From positions 239,577-271,576 of the forward strand of contig URLC01000001.1 of assembly GCA_900548695.1 (NCBI GenBank): 32,000 nucleotides of DNA. The letters run 5' to 3'. A program made the translations under genes and the position numbers. This document shows, piece by piece, positions 9,878-19,913 of this stretch. The DNA is from an uncultured Mycoplasmatota bacterium (lineage in GTDB: Bacteria > Bacillota_I > Bacilli_A > RF39 > UBA660). Within the stretch, counting starts at the first letter, position 1, and each line of letters opens with the position of its first letter. The notes beneath the pieces were generated by a model. It worked only from the letters and a program-made list of their open reading frames with translations. It ran no database searches and was not told where the DNA came from.

Positions 9878-10588
9878 ATGAAAGCAAGTATTGATTCAAT
9901 TGAAACTTTCGGATTAGTAGATGGTCCAGGTATTCGTTGTGTAGTCTTCTTTAATGGTTGCAAATTAAGATGTAAATATTGTCACAATCCTGAAATGTGG
10001 AAACAAAGAGAAAAAAATTATACTTCGGAGGAATTAGTAAAGAAAATTAAAAGATGTGAACCATATTTTAAAAAGAATGGTGGAGTTACTTTTTCTGGAG
10101 GTGAACCTCTGTTACAGGGTGATTTTATTATTGAAGTTTGTAAATTACTTAAGAAAGACAATATTCATGTTGCTTTAGATACTTCTGGTGTAGGACTTGG
10201 GAATTATGAAGAAATATTATCTTATGTTGACTTAGTATTACTAGATGTTAAACATACTTCGTTAGAAGGATATTTAGATATTACTGGTATTAAGATGGAT
10301 GAAGTAGAGAAGTTTATTGCTGTTTGTAATAAAATGAATAAGAAAATATGGATTCGTCAAGTTATTGTTCCTGGAGTTCATGATAATTATGAATATATGG
10401 ATAGTTTGATAGAATACTTAGGTCATATTTGTAATGTTGAAAGAGTAGACTTCTTGCCATTCCATCGTTTAGGTCGAGAAAAATATATTCAATTAGGTAT
10501 ACCTTATCCTTATGAAGATAAGCAAGATATGGATAAGGAAAAATGTAATCAATTATATGATTATTTTAAAGAAAGATATTTTAAATAA
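9878..10588 (+). CDS. pflA: Pyruvate formate-lyase activating enzyme (radical SAM)
   Basis: CKLRCKYCHN is a CxxxCxxC radical-SAM cluster. GGVTFSGGEPLLQ. Lies immediately downstream of pflB. Confidence 0.95.
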   Translation: MKASIDSIETFGLVDGPGIRCVVFFNGCKLRCKYCHNPEMWKQREKNYTSEELVKKIKRCEPYFKKNGGVTFSGGEPLLQGDFIIEVCKLLKKDNIHVALDTSGVGLGNYEEILSYVDLVLLDVKHTSLEGYLDITGIKMDEVEKFIAVCNKMNKKIWIRQVIVPGVHDNYEYMDSLIEYLGHICNVERVDFLPFHRLGREKYIQLGIPYPYEDKQDMDKEKCNQLYDYFKERYFK

Positions 10589-10599
10589 TATCTTTTTTT
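10572..10599 (+). terminator. Intrinsic terminator after pflA
   Basis: AAAGATATT-ttaaat-AATATCTTT followed by TTTT. Overlaps the stop codon. Confidence 0.6.
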
Positions 10600-10741
10600 G
10601 TTATATTGACTCTAATAAAGGAATTTTTAAATGAATATTAAATTTATGAAATTGAATTTACTTTAAAGATGGAGAATGTATTATTGTTATTTCTTCTTGT
10701 ATGAGTGAGGAAATTTTGTACATGTTATTACTGGTGATATT

Positions 10742-12133
10742 ATGTTTTGGCAAACTAAATTTCCGGTTGTTTTTCCTTTAGATAATAATAATGAATTCGA
10801 TGTAGCTATTATTGGTGGAGGTATTACAGGACTTACTACCGCTTATTATTTGAGAAATACTAATAAAAGGATTGCTTTATTTGATAGGAGTAAAATTGGT
10901 TGTGGGATTACTTCAAATACTACTGGTAAAATTACTTATTTGCAGGGTGATATTTATCAAAAATTAGGCAAAGAAAAAGGAAGAAAATATTATTTATCTC
11001 AAAAGTATGCTATTGATAATTTATTAAAGATTATTCACAGTGAGAAAATAGCTTGTGATTTAGAAAAAGTTCCTATGATAGTTTTTACTAGTGATATTAG
11101 TAATGTTGATAAGATAGACAAGGAAAAACAGTTAGTTGAAGAGTTTGGCTCTTTTACTTTTCCTATTTATAATGAAAAAATAAAAAAAGGTTTTGGTGTA
11201 GGTGATTCTTATATTTTTCATCCTCTTAAGTATTTAGCAGGTTTAGCTCATGCTTTGAAAGATAAAATATCTTTTTATGAAGATATTATGGTTTTTGATA
11301 TGAAAAAGGAGAATGATTCTTATGTTATAAGAACAGCAAAAGGTGATTTTAAAGCAAAGGAAGTTGTAATTGCTTGTTTTTATCCTTTTTTTATAATTCC
11401 TAACTTTTTTCCATTAAAAAACTATATTCAAAGAGAGTATGTAAATGTTGCTAGAGTTAAAAAGAAGTATAATTTTTCTGCTATTAATATTGATGAAAAT
11501 TTACATTCTATTAGATTCTATAAAAATTTTCTTATTTATGGATCTAACAAACATAGATTAACTAGTGAAATAGACTATGGAAGGCATTATCAAAAAAGTA
11601 AAGATGATTTTGCTAATTATTTTGGTATTGAGCCAGAATTTACTTGGATGAATCAAGATATTATTAGTCATGATTTGTTACCTTTTATTGGAACAGTTAG
11701 TCCACATTTGTTTATTGGTACTGGTTATCGAGGTTGGGGAATGACGAATGGTACTTTGGCAGGTAAAATTATTGCTGATTGTATTTTGGAGTGCGAAAAT
11801 AGGTTTGAGGAATTTTTTTCTCCTAAAAGAATAGGTATTTCATTATTTATTAATTCCTTTTTGGGAACATTTCATTATATGAAAGTTTATGCACAATCTT
11901 TGTGGAAAAAGAGTAATCCATCTTATATTCGTTTTAATGGTTTTACATATGCTTTTTATAAAGATAAAGAACATAAAATTCATAAAATTAAATTACTTTG
12001 TCCTCATATGAAGTGTCATTTAGTTTTTAATTCATATGAAAAAACATGGGATTGTCCTTGTCATGGTTCAAGATTTGATTTAGATGGAAATGTTATTTGT
12101 GGTCCAGCTAAAGAAAATCTTTTAAAAGAGTAG
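10742..12133 (+). CDS. FAD-dependent oxidoreductase with a C-terminal Rieske [2Fe-2S] domain
   Basis: N-terminal dinucleotide fold VAIIGGGITGLTTAYYL. C-terminal CPHMKCH...CPCHGSRFDLDG is the Rieske CxH...CxxH signature. Confidence 0.8.
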   Translation: MFWQTKFPVVFPLDNNNEFDVAIIGGGITGLTTAYYLRNTNKRIALFDRSKIGCGITSNTTGKITYLQGDIYQKLGKEKGRKYYLSQKYAIDNLLKIIHSEKIACDLEKVPMIVFTSDISNVDKIDKEKQLVEEFGSFTFPIYNEKIKKGFGVGDSYIFHPLKYLAGLAHALKDKISFYEDIMVFDMKKENDSYVIRTAKGDFKAKEVVIACFYPFFIIPNFFPLKNYIQREYVNVARVKKKYNFSAINIDENLHSIRFYKNFLIYGSNKHRLTSEIDYGRHYQKSKDDFANYFGIEPEFTWMNQDIISHDLLPFIGTVSPHLFIGTGYRGWGMTNGTLAGKIIADCILECENRFEEFFSPKRIGISLFINSFLGTFHYMKVYAQSLWKKSNPSYIRFNGFTYAFYKDKEHKIHKIKLLCPHMKCHLVFNSYEKTWDCPCHGSRFDLDGNVICGPAKENLLKE

Positions 12134-12178
12134 TATATTTTTCTTTTTTCTTTGCAAAATATAAATGAGGTGATAAAT

Positions 12179-12616
12179 GTGAAAAAACAATTTGAATTGG
12201 TGGAACGAGTATATAAGGATGCCGCTATGGGCAGATATTCTATTAACAAAGTATTAGATATGATAAAAAATAGGGATAATAAAATAACAGAGGATGTTAG
12301 AAAAATTTATGATGAATATAGTTCTTATGAAGAAAAAGCTAAGGAGATTTTAATTTCTAGGGAAGTTACACCAGAAGAAGAGGGAACTATCACTAAAATG
12401 ATGTCTTCTATGGGAATTTATAAAGAAGTGATGAGTGATAATAGTGATTCTGCAATTGCTGATATGTTAATTCAAGGAATGGTTATGGGAATAACTGAGA
12501 TGGAAAAATTGTTGAAAAATGTTAGTGATGACATTATTAAAGATGATGAAAAATTAGCAAAAGAGTTTTTAAAATTCCAAGAGAAATCTAAGAAACATAT
12601 AGAAAAGTATTTATAA
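12179..12616 (+). CDS. Hypothetical helical protein
   Basis: I favour GTG 12179 (RBS gaggtga) over the ORF-track start at 12152. No family recognised. Confidence 0.45.
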   Translation: MKKQFELVERVYKDAAMGRYSINKVLDMIKNRDNKITEDVRKIYDEYSSYEEKAKEILISREVTPEEEGTITKMMSSMGIYKEVMSDNSDSAIADMLIQGMVMGITEMEKLLKNVSDDIIKDDEKLAKEFLKFQEKSKKHIEKYL

Positions 12617-12630
12617 ATACTTTTTTATTT
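12604..12630 (+). terminator. Intrinsic terminator
   Basis: AAAGTATT-tata-AATACTTT followed by a T-run. Confidence 0.6.
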
Positions 12631-12675
12631 TGTATAATTTACTTTTTGATGGTTATGCTATAAATGTAGTAAATT

Positions 12676-12704
12676 TTGACAAGTTTTGGTGATTATGTTA
12701 TAAT
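12676..12704 (+). promoter_or_regulatory. Consensus sigma-A promoter for the NlpC/P60 gene
   Basis: TTGACA (12676-12681), exactly 17 nt, then TATAAT (12699-12704). Confidence 0.7.
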
Positions 12705-12731
12705 ATGGCTTATCTCGGGGGGAGATTATAC

Positions 12732-13754
12732 ATGAATTCAGATTATATACCGTCGCGCCGAAAATTATTTTTGGCTACGATGATTATTTTTATAAGCTTG
12801 ATGGTTTGTTATTTTTATGAATATCATCAAGTCTATAGTAGTATTGATGTTGTTGTGTCTAACACGGCAACGATTGAATATGGAAGTCCTAACTATGATA
12901 TTCGTACAGTTTTGGATTCTGTTGATGGAGATATAGTTTCGGTAAAAAAAGATATTGATACTACAAAAGTTGGACCACAAGAGATGGTTGTAGAAGTTGA
13001 GAAAAATCATATTATAAAAGAAGTTCCAATTATTGTTGAAGTTAAGGATACAATTGCACCGGAGATAACGCTTAAGAGTGATGCTCTTTCTTTAACTGAA
13101 GGTGATTCTTTTGATGTATTGAGCAATTTAGTTAAAGTTTTTGATAAAGTAGATGGAGATATTAATTATCAACAGAAAGATGTTGTTAATTTAAATGCTG
13201 ATACTAATTACTATACTGTTGATAGTAATATCGATACTAATGTTCCAGGTACTTATCAAGTTGTTGTGACGGCTGTTGATAAGTATGGTAATAAATCATC
13301 TGCTACTTATTCTGTTTTAGTAGAAGAAAAAGAAGAGCCAGTAATTTCTCAACCAGTTTATCAAGATCATTATGTTGCTAAGGGTGATATGAGCGCGTTA
13401 GTAAATCTTGCCTATTTTCTTGTAGGTAGTCCTTATGTTGCTGGTGGTAATACTCCTAGTGGGTTTGATTGTAGTGGCTTTGTTCAATATTTATATAGTC
13501 AAGTTGGCTTAACTGTTAGTAGAAGTAGTTCCACTCAGTTATATGATGGAGTAGCTGTAAGTTATGAAAATGCTCAGCCTGGGGATATTCTTATTTGGGG
13601 ATATGGTCCTGGAGTTGCTACTCATTCAGCTATTTATGTTGGTAATGGTAAAATGATTCATGCTACTAATCCTAGACAAGGTGTAATTGTTAGTGATGTT
13701 GCAGCTTGGACTAGAGGATCAGGTACTTATGTTATTGGAGTTAGAAGAGTTTAA
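12732..13754 (+). CDS. NlpC/P60 (C40) cell-wall peptidase with an N-terminal TM anchor and an Ig-like middle domain
   Basis: Start set at ATG 12732 (RBS gggggag), because the ORF-track ATG at 12705 abuts the -10 box. Catalytic FDCSGFVQYLY, plus THSAIYVGNGKMIHA. The middle region has the DTIAPEI...DGD Ig-like pattern. Confidence 0.85.
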   Translation: MNSDYIPSRRKLFLATMIIFISLMVCYFYEYHQVYSSIDVVVSNTATIEYGSPNYDIRTVLDSVDGDIVSVKKDIDTTKVGPQEMVVEVEKNHIIKEVPIIVEVKDTIAPEITLKSDALSLTEGDSFDVLSNLVKVFDKVDGDINYQQKDVVNLNADTNYYTVDSNIDTNVPGTYQVVVTAVDKYGNKSSATYSVLVEEKEEPVISQPVYQDHYVAKGDMSALVNLAYFLVGSPYVAGGNTPSGFDCSGFVQYLYSQVGLTVSRSSSTQLYDGVAVSYENAQPGDILIWGYGPGVATHSAIYVGNGKMIHATNPRQGVIVSDVAAWTRGSGTYVIGVRRV

Positions 13755-13847
13755 TAAATTAGAAACGGTATGTTTCTTTTTTTATAAAATTTAATTTTTT
13801 TGTATAATTCTTTCTTTTTGGGTAATTATATTGGTAGGAGGGATTAT

Positions 13848-14048
13848 ATGGAAACAGTACAAAAAATATTATTAGTCATCACTATTATTGGGGCTATTAA
13901 CTGGGGATTAATTGGAGTATTAGATTTTAATTTAGTTGATACTATTTTTGGAGTTAATTCCTTATTTAGCAGAGTGATATATAGTTTAGTTGGAATTTCA
14001 GGGCTAATTAATATTGGTATTTTATTTAATCACATAGAGGCTAAATAA
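13848..14048 (+). CDS. DUF378-family small membrane protein
   Basis: Start at ATG 13848 (RBS aggaggg). IIGAINWGLIGVLDFNLV is the typical DUF378 motif. Confidence 0.8.
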   Translation: METVQKILLVITIIGAINWGLIGVLDFNLVDTIFGVNSLFSRVIYSLVGISGLINIGILFNHIEAK

Positions 14049-14114
14049 AATTTTTAAAAAATAATTTTCAAGTTGTAGTAAAAGTGATACAATATTGTTG
14101 TATCTTTTTATTTT

Positions 14115-14190
14115 GCCGATTTAGCTCAGTTGGTAGAGCAGCGCATTCGTAATGCGGAGGTCGAAGGTTCAAGTCCTTTAATCGGCACCA
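14115..14190 (+). tRNA. tRNA-Thr (anticodon CGT)
   Basis: I folded the cloverleaf by hand. Acceptor GCCGATT/AATCGGC, D-arm GCTC-AGTTGGTA-GAGC, anticodon loop TTCGTAA, T-arm GAAGG-TTCAAGT-CCTTT, encoded CCA. A TGaTACAAT extended -10 lies at 14085-14093 upstream. Confidence 0.9.
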
Positions 14191-14273
14191 TAGGTAATTT
14201 GTTCTATTGCTTGAACTTTTTAATAAATCTTTAAATATTGTTTTGTTTTTGCGGGTTTTATTAACTCGTTTTT

Positions 14274-14729
14274 ATGTTTTTTATTTATAAAAAGTTTTTA
14301 TCTTTTCTTGTTTTAATGTTGATAAGAATCTTGAAAAATGTTATTATTGATATTAAGAATAGGGGTGGTACATTGGATTTTTTTATTTCTTTTTTTAGAG
14401 ATTTTTTGTCAGGCCCTTTGTATATTGTTGTTGTAGTGATTTCTGTTATAGGAATATTTGCATGTATTGGTTATATTGCTGAAGCTACGATGAAGCAAAA
14501 AGAAGAACAAAAAAAACTAGAAGAAATGTATGCAAAGGTACATTTAATACCTGCTGATAGTGAGACAGGATCTCATATTTCTTCAGGTGTTGAAACTGTG
14601 ATTTCTAGTGCTCAACTAAATCAAGTTGGTGCAGCATCGGCTACTAATATGGCCCAAGCTGCGACTTCTTTTGATTCTCAAAAGGTAATAACAACTACAG
14701 ATCATTCTAAGGCTGATTCTGAGCAATAA
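14274..14729 (+). CDS. Hypothetical membrane-anchored protein
   Basis: One clear TM helix (LYIVVVVISVIGIFACIGYIA) followed by a K/E-rich then S/A/T-rich tail. The true start may be TTG 14373 (RBS aggggtgg). Confidence 0.45.
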   Translation: MFFIYKKFLSFLVLMLIRILKNVIIDIKNRGGTLDFFISFFRDFLSGPLYIVVVVISVIGIFACIGYIAEATMKQKEEQKKLEEMYAKVHLIPADSETGSHISSGVETVISSAQLNQVGAASATNMAQAATSFDSQKVITTTDHSKADSEQ

Positions 14730-14783
14730 CTTTACTATTCTTGTTATTTTTTGTATACTATTATAGAAGCATGGAGGGATAAG

Positions 14784-15617
14784 ATGTCATTAACAGTTAC
14801 TGATATTGTATCAATACTGAGAAAACTTGGGGATATTTGTCTTGTTTGGATAATTTTTTATTTTATTTTAAAAAATATCAAAAACAATGTTAAGCTTTCG
14901 TTAATTTTCAAAGGTGTTGCGATTGTAATTATTTTAAGTTGGATTAGCGATTTATTAGGATTTACTACAATTGGAGTATTACTTGATTATATTATTCAAT
15001 GGGGACCAATTGCTTTGATTGTTATTTTTCAACCAGAAATTCGTACTATTTTGGAACAACTTGGTCGTAGTCAATTACTAGGACGTCATAAGGTTTTAAC
15101 CGTTGATGAAAGAGAGCATTTAGTTTATGAAATTGTAAATGCTGTTGATTATTTGAGAAAAGAAAAAATTGGAGCACTTATTGTGTTAGAACGGGATATA
15201 AGTTTAGGTAATTATATTGATAAGGCTAAAAAGCTTTATGCAGATTTGTCTAGTGATTTATTGATTGCAATTTTTTATGAGGGAAATCCATTGCATGATG
15301 GTGGTGTTATAATTCAGGGTGATCGTATTACTTGTGCGGGTGCAGTATTCCCTACTAGTAATAGTCCAAAATTAAATCGTAGATTAGGTACTAGACATAG
15401 AGCTGCTTTAGGTTTATCTGAAGAAACGGATGCTATTTGTATCGTTGTTTCTGAGGAGACTGGTCGAGTTTCTATAGCATTAAAGGGAGAAATGCTTTAT
15501 AACTTGACTTTAGATGATGTTCGTATGATGTTAATTGATGAACTTCGTCCAAAACAAGATATTGATTTAGATGAAGATGAAATAGATGAGGAAGAGATAT
15601 ATGAAGAAAATAAGTAG
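14784..15617 (+). CDS. cdaA: Diadenylate cyclase CdaA (c-di-AMP synthase)
   Basis: Start at ATG 14784 (RBS ggaggg). Three N-terminal TM helices. DAC-domain motifs HDGGVIIQG, RHRAALGLSEETDA and VVSEETGRVS. Confidence 0.9.
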   Translation: MSLTVTDIVSILRKLGDICLVWIIFYFILKNIKNNVKLSLIFKGVAIVIILSWISDLLGFTTIGVLLDYIIQWGPIALIVIFQPEIRTILEQLGRSQLLGRHKVLTVDEREHLVYEIVNAVDYLRKEKIGALIVLERDISLGNYIDKAKKLYADLSSDLLIAIFYEGNPLHDGGVIIQGDRITCAGAVFPTSNSPKLNRRLGTRHRAALGLSEETDAICIVVSEETGRVSIALKGEMLYNLTLDDVRMMLIDELRPKQDIDLDEDEIDEEEIYEENK

Positions 15618-16956
15618 AGCAATATTAACATTCTTTCGTCATATTGGATCATTTTTTGATAAATGGTTAATTACTCCCATTACAAAACTTATATTAAAGA
15701 TAGTAGAAATCTTTAAAGATAATGCTAAGAGCTTGGATCATGTTATGAATAAAAAATCTACGTTGATTGTTATAAGTTTATTACTAGCATTTGGAGTTTT
15801 TGTATTAATTGATCAAGAATCTAGTGTAATGATTGACCAATACGCAGAAGTTTTATATGATGAGCCAGTTACAGCAATTTATAATGAAGAGTTATATGTT
15901 GTTGAAGGTTTACCAAAAACAGTAGATATTACTTTAGTTGGACAACGTAGACATATATTTTTAGCAAAACAATCTCCTTCTAAAGGAGTATCTGTTGATT
16001 TGACTGGATTGAAACCAGGAAATCATAAAGTTACATTAAATTATTCACAGAGGTTGAAATCTTTAGATTATCGTTTGGATCCATCGGAAGTTACAGTTAC
16101 TATTTATGAAAAAGTTAGTGAAACCAAGAGCTTGACTGTTGATATATTACATCAAGATGATTTAGATAGTAAGCTTTATATTGATGATGTTGAGCTTGAT
16201 AGAACTGAAGTTATTGTGAAGGGTGCAAAATATAAATTAGACCAAGTTGCTACCGTTCGTGCTTTGGTTGATGTTGATGCTATTAGTAATCCAAAAGCTG
16301 GGGAAATTACGTTAAAAGATGTACCATTGGTGGCTTATGATGCTGAAGGTAAAACCGTTGATGTTGAGATTGTACCAAAGACTGTAGATGCTAAGTTAAA
16401 GATTACATCTCCAAGTAAAGAAATTCCAATTAAGGTAGTACCGACTGGAAATTTAGCATTTGGTAAATCTATAAAATCTATTGATACTAGTGTTTCTAGT
16501 GTTACGGTTTATGGTAGTCAATCTGCTGTTGATAAGATTGAAGAATTAGAAGTAGAAGTGGATGTAAAAGGTTTGGAAAGTGATAAAGAATTTAAAGTAA
16601 CACTTAAGAAACCAAAAGGAATTACAGATATTAGTGAAAAAACAATTACAGTTGATGTAAAAGTTGATAACTCTATTTCTAAGGAATTTACTATTGATAA
16701 TATCCAATTTAGAAATTTGGGTGATAATTACCGAGTACAGGCATTATCAGAAGATGATACTAAGGTAGTTGTTGTAGTTAAAGGTAGTGAAGATATTGTT
16801 AATAAAGTTGATCCTGCTTCCATTGTTCCATATGTTGATTTAGATGGATATGGTGTAGGACAACATGAAGTGGAAGTAAAAATAGAACGATCTGATTTAA
16901 GACTTACTTATACTCCAAAGACGAAGAAAATAAAAGTTAGAATTTTAGAGGGATAG
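15601..16956 (+). CDS. cdaR: CdaA regulator CdaR (YbbR-domain repeats)
   Basis: Overlaps the cdaA 3' end. N-terminal TM helix followed by repeated beta-rich YbbR-like modules (...VTVTIYEKVS..., ...VDAKLKITS...). Confidence 0.8.
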   Translation: MKKISRAILTFFRHIGSFFDKWLITPITKLILKIVEIFKDNAKSLDHVMNKKSTLIVISLLLAFGVFVLIDQESSVMIDQYAEVLYDEPVTAIYNEELYVVEGLPKTVDITLVGQRRHIFLAKQSPSKGVSVDLTGLKPGNHKVTLNYSQRLKSLDYRLDPSEVTVTIYEKVSETKSLTVDILHQDDLDSKLYIDDVELDRTEVIVKGAKYKLDQVATVRALVDVDAISNPKAGEITLKDVPLVAYDAEGKTVDVEIVPKTVDAKLKITSPSKEIPIKVVPTGNLAFGKSIKSIDTSVSSVTVYGSQSAVDKIEELEVEVDVKGLESDKEFKVTLKKPKGITDISEKTITVDVKVDNSISKEFTIDNIQFRNLGDNYRVQALSEDDTKVVVVVKGSEDIVNKVDPASIVPYVDLDGYGVGQHEVEVKIERSDLRLTYTPKTKKIKVRILEG

Positions 16957-17033
16957 TAATAAACTATCCTTTTTTTTGCATAAAAATTTAAGTCTTTCAT
17001 AAAGTTTATTAGAATTATGATAAGAGGTGGATA

Positions 17034-17372
17034 ATGAAAAAGTTATTACTAGTCTTTTTCCTTAGTATTATTTTACTTTCTGGATGTGGTAAGTATGGGG
17101 AAGAAGATGTTGTTTCAGATTTTAGTAAAAAAATTAAAGATGCAAAAAGTTATTTTGTGGAGGGAAATTTAGAACTTGTAAATAATGATGATGTATATAA
17201 TTATGATGTTGAAGTAGCTTTTAAGGCTGATAATTTTTATCGTGTTAGTTTAACTAATACTGCTAATGATCATACGCAAGTTATTTTGAAGAATAGTGAT
17301 GGGGTATATGTTATGACACACAAAAGTACACAACTTTTAAAATCAAATAAGTTTGAGGTTATATCAATTTAA
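17034..17372 (+). pseudogene. Lipoprotein (LolA-like/DUF4367-like N-terminus), apparently truncated by the island insertion
   Basis: Lipobox LLSGC. The conserved-looking sequence runs to ...VILKNSDGVYVMT, then an unrelated 17-aa tail and a stop, directly abutting mobile-element genes. Truncation is judged from the 112-aa length against my expectation for the family, so it is inference. Confidence 0.45.
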
Positions 17373-17391
17373 TTAGTATCTTATAAACACT

Positions 17392-17423
17392 AGAATATGT
17401 TAAACGCATATTCTTTTTATTTT
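17392..17423 (+). terminator. Hairpin + T-tract just inside the island's left end (terminator; an oriT inverted repeat cannot be excluded)
   Basis: AGAATATG-ttaaacg-CATATTCT followed by TTTTTATTTT, 27 nt upstream of the relaxase gene. Confidence 0.45.
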
Positions 17424-17449
17424 GTTAAAAAAGAGAGGAGATTGATATA

Positions 17450-18745
17450 ATGAATTATGCAATATTTAGAAGTGAACCTATTATGACTATGCACGATCTA
17501 GCACAAATTGGTTCTCATAATCAAAGAGAAAAGAAAGCATACAATTCTAATCCTGATATAAGAGTTGAAGATAGCTATAAAAATTTAGAATTAGTACCAT
17601 TAAATTACAAATATGTTAAAAAATTTAAAGAGATAACAAAAGAGTATGAAAAACAACATAATGAAAAACAAAAAACTGAAAGAAAAGAAAGACAAAGAAG
17701 TTATACCCAAATGCTTAATCAATCAAGAAATTGTGTAGCAGATGAATTATTATTTACTGCTTCACCTAAATTCTTTGAAAATATGAGTAATGATCATTTA
17801 ATGAAGTGGGCAAATACTTGTATGGAGTTTGTTTATAATGATTTAGGTTATAAGAAAGAACAAATACTTCACGCGACTATTCATTTAGATGAAAAATCAC
17901 CACATATTCATTGTGTAGTAGTACCACTTGTTAAAAAATTAGATAAAAGAACTAATACTGAAAGATGGACAATATCAAAAAAGCAATTTATAAAAGATAA
18001 AATACATCTATCTCAATTACAAGATAAGTATCACGAACGATTAACTGAAAAAGGATTTGATTTAGAAAGAGGTATTAAAGGAAGTGGTAGAGAACATTTA
18101 AAAACAAAAGAATTAAAGAAAACAACCAGATATTATGAAAATAAAGTGGAAAATATTAATAAAAATTTAGAACAAGCCATAAGCGATTTAAATGATAAAA
18201 TGAAATCTAGTAAAAATACTATTTTTGGTAATGAATATATTAAGGTTAAAAACGAAACCTTTGAATCTATGAATAATGTTATTAAAGAAACTAAAAAAGT
18301 ATTAGAATTTCAACCTAAAATAGAACAATTATTTAATGAAGTAAAAACATTTACTAAAAGTCATCAAATACTAGAAAAAGAAAATACAAATTTAAAAAAA
18401 GAAGTTAAATCTCTTACTACTAGAAATCAAACCTTGACTGATGAAAATAATAAATTAAGAACCTATATTGAAGCAATATTAGAAGCAATTAAAAAATTTT
18501 TTAGAAAGATATTACAATTTGGTAATGAAAAGGCAAAAGACGAAACAACTCTTGAAGTTAAAGATTATTATGATAATAATGATTTTGATATGAATGATGT
18601 AATTAAAATATCTAGAGGAACAACTAAACAAGATGAATTATTTGATTATGTAGAGGCACCAGATTATTTAAAAACAAGAGTTAAGGATATAGATGAATTA
18701 GAAAAAGATTATGAGAAATCTGATGACTTTGATTTAAGTAGATAA
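17450..18745 (+). CDS. mob: MobV-family (Pre/Mob) plasmid-recombination/relaxase protein
   Basis: Motif I HNQR (HxxR). Motif III HLDEKSPHIH (HxDExxPHxH). Long coiled-coil C-terminal half. RBS agaggag. Confidence 0.85.
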   Translation: MNYAIFRSEPIMTMHDLAQIGSHNQREKKAYNSNPDIRVEDSYKNLELVPLNYKYVKKFKEITKEYEKQHNEKQKTERKERQRSYTQMLNQSRNCVADELLFTASPKFFENMSNDHLMKWANTCMEFVYNDLGYKKEQILHATIHLDEKSPHIHCVVVPLVKKLDKRTNTERWTISKKQFIKDKIHLSQLQDKYHERLTEKGFDLERGIKGSGREHLKTKELKKTTRYYENKVENINKNLEQAISDLNDKMKSSKNTIFGNEYIKVKNETFESMNNVIKETKKVLEFQPKIEQLFNEVKTFTKSHQILEKENTNLKKEVKSLTTRNQTLTDENNKLRTYIEAILEAIKKFFRKILQFGNEKAKDETTLEVKDYYDNNDFDMNDVIKISRGTTKQDELFDYVEAPDYLKTRVKDIDELEKDYEKSDDFDLSR

Positions 18746-18920
18746 AAAGATAAAAAATAGTATTGATTTTTTTACTTTTTAGAGTGATAAATATAAGTAC
18801 AGAAAAACGAGATTTAACCCTATTAAATCGCCTATATTGGAGTTTTAATGTAAGGTTTAATATCTTATCTGTATCTTAAAATAAATTGCTTTAAATGGCA
18901 AAAAAAGAAAGGATGATATT

Positions 18921-19316
18921 ATGTTATTAAGTAATAATACTAAAAATGTTATAACATTAGTTAATATGGTAGATAAGTTAAATGATATTGATAAAGTTAG
19001 ATTAGCAATAAATTTATTTGAAGATTTAGGATTTGTACCAAATTATAATGTTGATAATTTTATTAAGTTATTTCAAGAAGTATTATTAATACTTGATCCT
19101 AACTCTAAAAAGTTAATCACCAACTTTGCTAAATATAATAATCTACTATTTATTTCAGCAAAGTATATGGAATTATCATTATTGGAAAAACAAAAGTTTT
19201 CTGTTGAAATTTTATTTAATATTTTTCAATATGATTTTAATAATAATGAAATTAATATTAAAGTTAATTATCAATTAAATGTATATGACTATTATTATTC
19301 ATTAAATATAATATAA
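18921..19316 (+). CDS. Hypothetical protein
   Basis: ORF with RBS aaaggatg. No recognisable motifs. Confidence 0.4.
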   Translation: MLLSNNTKNVITLVNMVDKLNDIDKVRLAINLFEDLGFVPNYNVDNFIKLFQEVLLILDPNSKKLITNFAKYNNLLFISAKYMELSLLEKQKFSVEILFNIFQYDFNNNEINIKVNYQLNVYDYYYSLNII

Positions 19317-19355
19317 AAGCGAGAATATGTCATTTTTATAGCATACTCTCGCTTT
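19316..19355. terminator. Bidirectional terminator between convergent genes
   Basis: AAAGCGAGA (19316-19324) pairs with TCTCGCTTT (19347-19355), with partially paired inner arms. Confidence 0.5.
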
Positions 19356-19805
19356 TTATCTATTAATTTTAGAATTATTCGTTCTGCCAACTACCCAATC
19401 CATTGATACATTATAGGTTTTACATATATAGTATAAATTCGTTGTGTTAATTAAATAGTTACCTGTTTCATAACCACTATAAGTAGTTTGTGAAATTTTG
19501 CAATCATCAGATAATTTTTGTTGGGAAATTCCTAATTTGTTTCTTAATTCTTTTAGTTTTTTACTTATTTTAATTTTGTCAGTTGTAAATTTCCCATATT
19601 TAATATTATTTCTTATTAAACCACATACGAAATCCAATGAATAATCATACATATTACAAAATTTAATAAGTTTTGGTAATGGTATAGAGTCATGGGCAGT
19701 TTCCCAAGAGCGAACAGCTGAATCTGATACTCCAAATATATAACCAAGTTCAGCTTGTGTCATCTCTAATTCTTCTCTACAATATCTTATATTATTATCA
19801 AACAT
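19356..19805 (-). CDS. Transcriptional regulator with two tandem XRE/Cro-C1 HTH domains
   Basis: MTQAELGYIFGVSDSAVRSWE and ISQQKLSDDCKISQTTYSGYETG. Start placed at ATG 19805 (RBS ggtga). Confidence 0.8.
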   Translation of the reverse strand: MFDNNIRYCREELEMTQAELGYIFGVSDSAVRSWETAHDSIPLPKLIKFCNMYDYSLDFVCGLIRNNIKYGKFTTDKIKISKKLKELRNKLGISQQKLSDDCKISQTTYSGYETGNYLINTTNLYYICKTYNVSMDWVVGRTNNSKINR

Positions 19806-19913
19806 AGTTATCACCAATAATATTTTCCCATTAAATATTAATTTAACTAAAAAACCGAATACTATTCGTTGAAAATATGTTATAATAATAAAGTAAAGAA
19901 AAAGGAGCTAGAT

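Noticed and set aside
12617-12731. Possible c-di-AMP (ydaO-type) riboswitch upstream of the NlpC/P60 gene, a common association, with cdaA nearby
   Set aside because: The leader downstream of the consensus promoter is only about 25 nt, far too short for that riboswitch, and I see none of its conserved pseudo-symmetric core.
16957-17033. Absence of glmM after cdaA-cdaR (the usual Firmicutes operon partner) as a rearrangement signal
   Set aside because: I cannot tell from this window whether glmM is simply elsewhere in this lineage. There is no sequence evidence of a breakpoint right after cdaR.
17316-17335. The 10-mer AAGTACACAA at the island's left junction also occurs at about 27867 in the switch region; possible att-type repeat
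   Set aside because: A single 10-mer match in 32 kb of AT-rich DNA is within chance expectation, and the position of the second copy (internal, next to a promoter) does not fit an element end.
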